A program made the position numbers and the translations under genes. DNA of 64,000 nucleotides from Eledone cirrhosa (taxonomy: Eukaryota): positions 205,654,001 to 205,718,000 of the forward strand of contig OZ024743.1 in the NCBI GenBank assembly GCA_964016885.1. The letters run 5' to 3'. Each line of letters starts with the position of its first letter. Position 1 is the first letter of the stretch. Below the pieces are notes generated by a model. It made no database searches, had not been told where the DNA came from, and saw nothing but the letters and a program-made list of their open reading frames with translations. Of the stretch, positions 57,501 to 64,000 are shown piece by piece.

Positions 57501-60500
57501 CCCCTTGGAAGGATGGAAATTATCTCCCCTTGGACGGCTGGAAATTATCTCCCCTTGCACTGCTGGAAATTATCTCCCCTTGGACGGCTGGAAATTATCT
57601 GCCCTTGATTTTGTTTTTACAAATTATCTTCCCCTGATTTTTTTTACAAATTATCTCCACCTGATTTTTTAAAAAATTATCTCCCCTTGGACGGCTGGAA
57701 ATTATCTCCCCTTGGCTGGAAATTATCTCCCCTTGGACGGCTAGAAATTATCTCTCTTTGGACGGCTGTAAATTATCTCCCCTTGATTTTTTTTACAAAT
57801 TATCTCCCCCTGATTTTTTTTACAAATCTCCCAGTGATTTTTTAAAAAAATTATCTCCCCTTCGCTGGCTGGAAATTATCTCCCCTTGGACGCTGGAAAT
57901 TATAGCCCCTTGGAGGGCTGGAAGTTATCTTCCCTTGGAGGGCTGGAAATTATCTTCCCTTGGACGGCTGGAAATTATCTCCCCTTGATTTTTTTTACAA
58001 ATTATCTCCCACTGATTTTTTTTTACAAATTATCTCCCCCTGATTTTTTTTTTACAAATTATCTCCGCCTGATTTTTTTTAAAAATTATCTCCCCTTGGA
58101 CGGCTGGAAATTATCTCCCCTTGGACGGCTGGAAATTATATCCCCTTGGACGGCTAGAAATTACCTCTCCTTGGACGGCTGAAAATTATCTCCCCTTGGA
58201 CGGCTGGAAATTATCTCCCCTTGATTTTTTTTACAAATTATCTCCCCCTGATTTTTTTTACAAATTATCTCCCCCTGATTTTTTTTTACAAATTATCTCC
58301 CCCTGATTTTTTTTTACAAATTATCTCCCCCTGATTTTTTTTTACAAATTATCTCCCCCTGATTTTTTTACAAATTATCTCCCCTTGGCTGGCTGGAAAT
58401 TATCTCCCCTTGGAGGCTGGAATTTATCTCCCCTTGGAGGGCTGGAAATTATCTCCCCTTGGACGGCTAGAAATTACCTCTCCTTGGACGGCTGGAAATT
58501 ATCTCCCCTTGAACGGCTGGAAATTATTTCCCCTTGGACGGCTGGAAATTATCTCCCCTTGAACGGCTGGAAATTATCTCCCCTTGGACGGCTAGAAATT
58601 ACCTCTCCTTGGACGGCTGGAAATTATCTCCCCTTGGACGGCTGGAAATTATCTCCCCTTGGACGGCTGGAAATTATCTCCCCTTGATTTTTTTTACAAA
58701 TTATCTCTCCCTGATTTTTTTTACAAATATCCCCCTAATTTAAAAAAAAATTATCTCCCCTTCGCTGGCTGGACATTATCTCCCTTTGGACGGCTGGAAA
58801 TTATAGCTGCTTGTCGGGCTAGAAATTATCTCCCCTTGGACGGCTGGACATTATCTCCCCTTGATTTTTTTTACTAATTATCTACACCTGATTTTTTTTT
58901 ACAAATTATCTCCGCCTGATTTTTTTTTTTAAATTATCTCCCCTTGGCTGGATGGAAATTTTCTCCCCTTCGACGGCTGGAAATTATCTCCCCTTGATGT
59001 CTTCTACAAATTATCTACCCCTGATTTTTTTTTTACAAATCATCTCTCCCTGATTTTTTTTACAAATATCTCCCCTTGGCTGGCTGGAAATTATCTCCCC
59101 TTGGCTGGCTGGAAATTATCTCCCCTTGGACGGCTGGAAATTATCTCCCCTTGGACGCCTAGAAATTACCTCTCCTTGGACAGCTGTAAATTATCTCCCC
59201 TTGGACGGCTGGAAATTCTCTCGCCTTGGACGGCTGGAAATTATCACCCCTTGGACGGCTATAAATTATCTCTCCTTCGACGGCTGGAAATTATCTCCCC
59301 TTGATTTTTTTACAAATTATCTCCCCCTGATTTTTTTTTACCAATCTACCCCTGATTTAAAAAAAAAATTATCTCCTCTTCGCTAGCTGGAAATTATCTC
59401 CCCTTGGACGGCTGGAAATTATCTCTCCTTGATTTATTTTACAAATTATCTACCCTGATTTTTTTACAAATTATCTCCCCGATTTTTTTTTACAAATTAT
59501 CTCCCCCTGATTTTTTTTTTACAAATTATCTCCGCCTGATTTTTTTAAAATTATCTCCCCTTGGCTGGATGGAAATTATCTCCCCTTGGACGGCTGGAAA
59601 TTATCTCCCCTTGCACGGCTGGAAATTATCTTCCCTTGGACGGCTAGAAATTACCTCTCCTTGGACGGCTGAAAATTATCTCCCCTTGGACGGCTGGAAA
59701 TTATCTCCCCCTGATTTTTTTTACAAATTATCTCCCCTTGCACGGCTGGAAATTATCTCCCCTTGGACGGCTGGAAATTATCTGCCCTTGATATTGTTTT
59801 TACAAATTATCTCCCCCTGATTTTTTTTACAAATTATCTCCACCTGATATTTTAAAAAATTATCTCCCTTGGACGGGTGGAAATTATCTCCCCTTGGACG
59901 GCTTGAAATTATCTCCCCTTGGACGGCTAGAAATTACCTCTCCTTGGACGGCTGAAAATTATCTCCCCTTGATTTTTTTTACAAATTATCTCCCCCTGAT
60001 TTTTTTTTTTACAAATTATCTCCCCCTGATTTTATTTTACATATTATCTACCCCTGATTTTTTTTTACAAATTATCTCCACCTGATCTTTTTTACAAATT
60101 ATCTCCCCCTGATTTTTTTTTTACAAATTATCTCCCCCTGATTTTTTTACAAATTATCTCCCCCTAATTTATTTTACAAATTATCTCCGCCTGATTTTTT
60201 TAAATATTAACTTTCCTTGGCTGGCGGGAAATAATCTCCCCTTGGAAGGATGGAAATTATCTCCCCTTGGACGGCTGGAAATTATCTCCCCTTGCACGGC
60301 TGGAAATTATCTCCCCTTGGACGGCTGGAAATTATCTCCCCTTGGCTGGAAATTATCTCCCCTTGGACGGCTAGAAATTATCTCTCTTTGGACGGCTGGA
60401 AATTATCTCCCCTTGATTTTTTTTACAAATTATCTCCCCCTGATTTTTTTTACAAATCTCCCAGTGATTTTTTAAAAAAAATTATCTCCCTTTCGCTGGC

Positions 60501-63500
60501 TGGAAATTATCTCCCCTTGGACGCTGGAAATTATAGCCCCTTGGAGGGCTGGAAATTATCTTCCCTTGGACGGCTGGAAATTATCTCCCCTTGATTTTTT
60601 TTACATATTATCTCCCCCTGATTTTTTTTTACAAATTATCTCCCCGATTTTTTTTTACAAATTATCTCCCCCTGATTTTTTTTTTACAAATTATCTCCGT
60701 CTGATTTTTTTTAAAAATTATCTCCCCTTGGACGGCTGGAAATTATCTCCCCTTGGACGGCTGGAAATTATCTCCCCTTGGACGGCTAGAAATTACCTCT
60801 CCTTGGACGGCTGAAAATTATCTCCCCTTGGACGGCTGGAAATTATCTCCCCTTGATTTTTTTTACAAATTATCTCCCCCTGATTTTTTTTTACAAATTA
60901 TCTCCCCCTGATTTTTTTTTTATAAATTATCTCCCCCTGATTTTTTTTACAAATTATCTCCCCCTGATTTTTTTACAAATTATCTCCCCTTGGCTGGCTG
61001 GAAATTATCTCCCCTTGGAGGCTGGAATTTATCTCCCCTTGGACGGCTGGAAATTATCTCCCCTTGAACGGCTGGAAATTATCTCCCCTTGGACGGCTGG
61101 AAATTATCTCCCCTTGGACGGCTGGAAATTATCTCCCCTTGATTTTGTATACAAATTATCTCCCCCTGATTTTTTTTTACAAATTATCTGCCCCTGATTA
61201 TTTTTTTACAAATTAGCTCCGCCTGATTTTTTTTTAAAATTATCTCCCCTTGGACGGCTGGAAATTATCTCCCCTTGGACGGCTGGAAATTATCTCCCCT
61301 TGAACGGCTAGAAATTACCTCTCCTTGGACGGCTGAAAATTATCTCCCCTTGGACGGCTGGAAATTATCGCCCCCTGATTTTTTTTAACAAATTATCTCC
61401 ACCTGATTTTTTTTACAAATCATCTCCGCCTGATTTTTTTAAAAAATTATCTCCCTTTCGCTGGCTGGAAATTATCTCCCCTTGGACGCTGGAAATTATA
61501 GCCCCTTGGACGGCTGGAAATTATCTCCCCTTGATTTTTTTTACATATTATCTCCCCCTGATTTTTTTTTACGAATTATCTCCCCGATTTTTTTTTACAA
61601 ATTATCTCCCCCTGATTTTTTTTTACAAATTATCTCCGCCTGATTTTTTTACAAAAATTATCTCCCCTTGGACGGCTGGAAATTATCTCCCCTTGAACGG
61701 CTGGAAATTATCTCCCCTTGGACGGCTGGAAATTATCTCCCCTTGGACGGCTGGAAATTATCTCCCCTTGGACGGCTGGAAATTATCTCCCCTTGGACGG
61801 CTAGAAATTACCTCTCCTTGGACGGCTGGAAATTATCTCCCCTTGGACAGCTGGAAATTATCTCCCCTTGGACGGCTGGAAATTATTTCCCCTTGATTTT
61901 TTTTTTCAAATTATCTCCCCCTGATTTTTTTTACAAATCTCCCCCTAATTTAAAAAAAATTATCTCCCCTTCGCTGGCTGGAAATTATCTCCCTTTGGAC
62001 GGCTGGAAATTATAGCTGCTTGTAGGGCTAGAAATTATCTCCCCTTGGACGGCTGGAAATTATCTCCCCTTGATTTTTTTTACTAATTATCTCCCCCTGA
62101 TTTTTTTTTACAAATATCTCCCCTTGGCTGCCTGGAAATTATCTCCCCTTGGCAGGCTGGAAATGATCTCCCCTTGGACGGCTGGAAATTATCTCCTCTT
62201 GGACGCCTAGAAATTACCTCTCCTTGGACAGCTGTAAATTATCTCCCCTTGGACGGCTGGAAATTATCTCGCCTTGGACGGCTGGAAATTATCTCCCCTT
62301 GATTTTGTATACAAATTATCTCCCCCTGATTTTTTTTTACAAATTATCTGCCCCTGATTATTTTTTTACAAATTAGCTCCGCCTGATTTTTTTTTAAAAT
62401 TATCTCCCCTTGGACGGCTGGAAATTATCTCCCCTTGGACGGCTGGAAATTATCTCCCCTTGAACGGCTAGAAATTACCTCTCCTTGGACGGCTGAAAAT
62501 TATCTCCCCTTGGACGGCTGGAAATTATCGCCCCCTGATTTTTTTTAACAAATTATCTCCACCTGATTTTTTTTACAAATCATCTCCGCCTGATTTTTTT
62601 AAAAAATTATCTCCCTTTCGCTGGCTGGAAATTATCTCCCCTTGGACGCTGGAAATTATAGCCCCTTGGACGGCTGAAAATTATCTCCCCTTGATTTTTT
62701 TTACATATTATCTCCCCCTGATTTTTTTTTACGAATTATCTCCCCGATTTTTTTTTACAAATTATCTCCCCCTGATATTTTTTTACAAATTATCTCCGCC
62801 TGATTTTTTTAAAAAAATTATCTCCCCTTGGACGGCTGGAAATTATCTCCCCTTGAACGGCTGGAAATTATCTCCCCTTGGACGGCTGGAAATTATCTCC
62901 CCTTGGACGGCTGGAAATTATCTCCCCTTGGACGGCTAGAAATTACCTATCCTTGGACGGCTGGAAATTATCTCCCCTTGGACGGCTGGAAATTATTTCC
63001 CCTTGATTTTTTTTACAAATTATCTCCCCCTGATTTTTTTTACAAATCTCCCCCTAATTTAAAAAAAAATTATCTCCCCTTCGCTGGCTGGAAATTATCT
63101 CCCTTTGGACGGCTGGAAATTATAGCTGCTTGTAGGGCTGGAAATTATCTCCCCTTGGACGGCTGGAAATTATCTCCCCTTTATGTCTTCTACAAATTAT
63201 CTACCCCTGATTTTTTTTTTACAAATTATCTCCGCCTGATTTTTTTTTACAAATTATCTGCGCCTGATTTTTTTTTACAAATTAGCTACGCCTGATTTTT
63301 TAAAAAATTATCTCCCCTTGGACGGCTGGAAATTATCTCCCCTTGGACGGCTGGAAATTATCTCCCCTTGGACGGCTAGAAATTATCTCTCTTTGGACGA
63401 CTGGAAATTATCTCCCCTTGGACGGCTGCAAATTATCTCCCCTTGATTTTTTTTACAAATTATCTCCCCCTGATTTTTTTTACAAATTATCTCCCCCTGA

Positions 63501-64000
63501 TTTTTTTTTACAAATTATCTACCCCTGATTTTTTTACAAATTATCTCCCCCTGATTTTTTTTTACAAATTATCTCCCCCTGATTTTTTTTACAAATTATC
63601 TCCCCCTGATTTTTTTTTACAAATTATCTCCCCCTGATTTTTTTACAAATTATCTCCCCCTGATTTTTTTTTACAAATTATCTCCCCCTGATTTTTTTAC
63701 AAATTATCTCCCCCTGATTTTTTTAAAAATTATCTTCCCTGGGCTGGCGGGAAATTATCTCCCCTTGGACGGCTGGAAATTATCTTCCCTTGCACGGCTG
63801 GAAATTATCTCCCCTTGGACAGCTGGAAATTATCTGCCCTTGATTTTGTTTTTACAAATTATCTCCCCCTGATTTTTTTTACAAATTATCTCCACCTGAT
63901 TTTTAAAAAAATTATCTCCCCTTGGACGGCTGGAAATTATCTCCCCTTGGCTGGAAATTATCTCCCCTTGGACGGCTAGAAATTATCTCTCTTTGGACGG

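Larger units (their letters stand above)
45457..63792 (+). repeat. Near-perfect tandem duplication, unit 9,165 bp (copy 1 ~45457-54621, copy 2 ~54622-63792)
   Basis: Every ORF-track entry from 45776 to 54278 recurs with an identical translation at exactly +9165 (45776/54941, 48290/57455, 51077/60242, 54278/63443). Boundaries were read directly from the sequence. Confidence 0.96.
1..64000. repeat. Composite two-monomer tandem satellite array (25-bp A and ~26-30-bp B monomers sharing core AAATTATCTCCCC), head-to-tail, running off both window ends
   Basis: The core AAATTATCTCCCC or a 1-3 nt variant recurs every ~21-30 bp from base 8 to the end, always on the + strand. I saw no inverted copy (GGGGAGATAATTT) and no non-repeat insertion. 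Confidence 0.99.

Noticed and set aside
103-63637. All ORFs in the six-frame track (60-212 aa, all + strand)
   Set aside because: They are translations of the satellite in all three overlapping frames, mostly from TTG starts, and are broken by variable T tracts. The monomer lengths (25, 26-30) do not preserve frame and there is no unique domain. Their + strand bias is explained by the stop-free A monomer and the TAA in the minus-strand core.
1-64000. CRISPR-like repeat-spacer array
   Set aside because: The constant part is only 13-16 bp. The spacers are 9-14 bp and fall into two endlessly reused classes rather than being unique. There is no leader and no cas gene.
1-64000. Telomerase-synthesised long telomeric repeat (as in the 23-25 bp yeast telomere units)
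   Set aside because: I see no match to telomere motifs I know. Two monomer types and multi-kb duplications carrying private variants indicate recombinational amplification rather than templated addition. A subtelomeric location is not excluded.
1-64000. Intrinsic (rho-independent) terminators at the T tracts
   Set aside because: No stable GC stem precedes the T runs (CCCCCTGA has no complementary arm) and there are no upstream genes.
1-64000. Canonical G-quadruplex array on the minus strand
   Set aside because: The G4-5 runs are separated by ~21-24 nt loops, far beyond the usual 1-7 nt. The + strand offers only three GG doublets per monomer. Kept only as a weak possibility.
1-64000. Pure sequencing artefact or simulated low-complexity sequence
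   Set aside because: Rare variants and even T-tract lengths are reproduced between copies kilobases apart in a nested, hierarchical way, as expected of a real evolving satellite read at high accuracy. Individual duplications could still be misassembled.

Overview
The whole 64 kb is one uninterrupted, single-orientation tandem satellite array of roughly 2,400-2,500 monomers (estimated from length divided by ~26 bp). It holds no credible gene, RNA gene, transposon or unique DNA. Two monomer types share a 13-bp core, AAATTATCTCCCC. Type A is GGAAATTATCTCCCCTTGGACGGCT (25 bp, 52% GC). Type B is ACAAATTATCTCCCCCTGA(T)7-11 (~26-30 bp, ~30% GC). They alternate in blocks with stereotyped junction monomers. 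Diagnostic variants show nested higher-order structure: local 0.27-1.2 kb duplications, 7.1 kb and 13.1 kb offset copies, a ~17-18 kb tandem super-unit (~19.6-37.6 kb vs ~37.6-54.5 kb) and a near-perfect 9,165-bp tandem duplication (45457-63792). All ORFs in the track are read-through artefacts of the stop-free A monomer. It looks like eukaryotic heterochromatic or (peri)centromeric satellite, but organism and function cannot be determined from this window.
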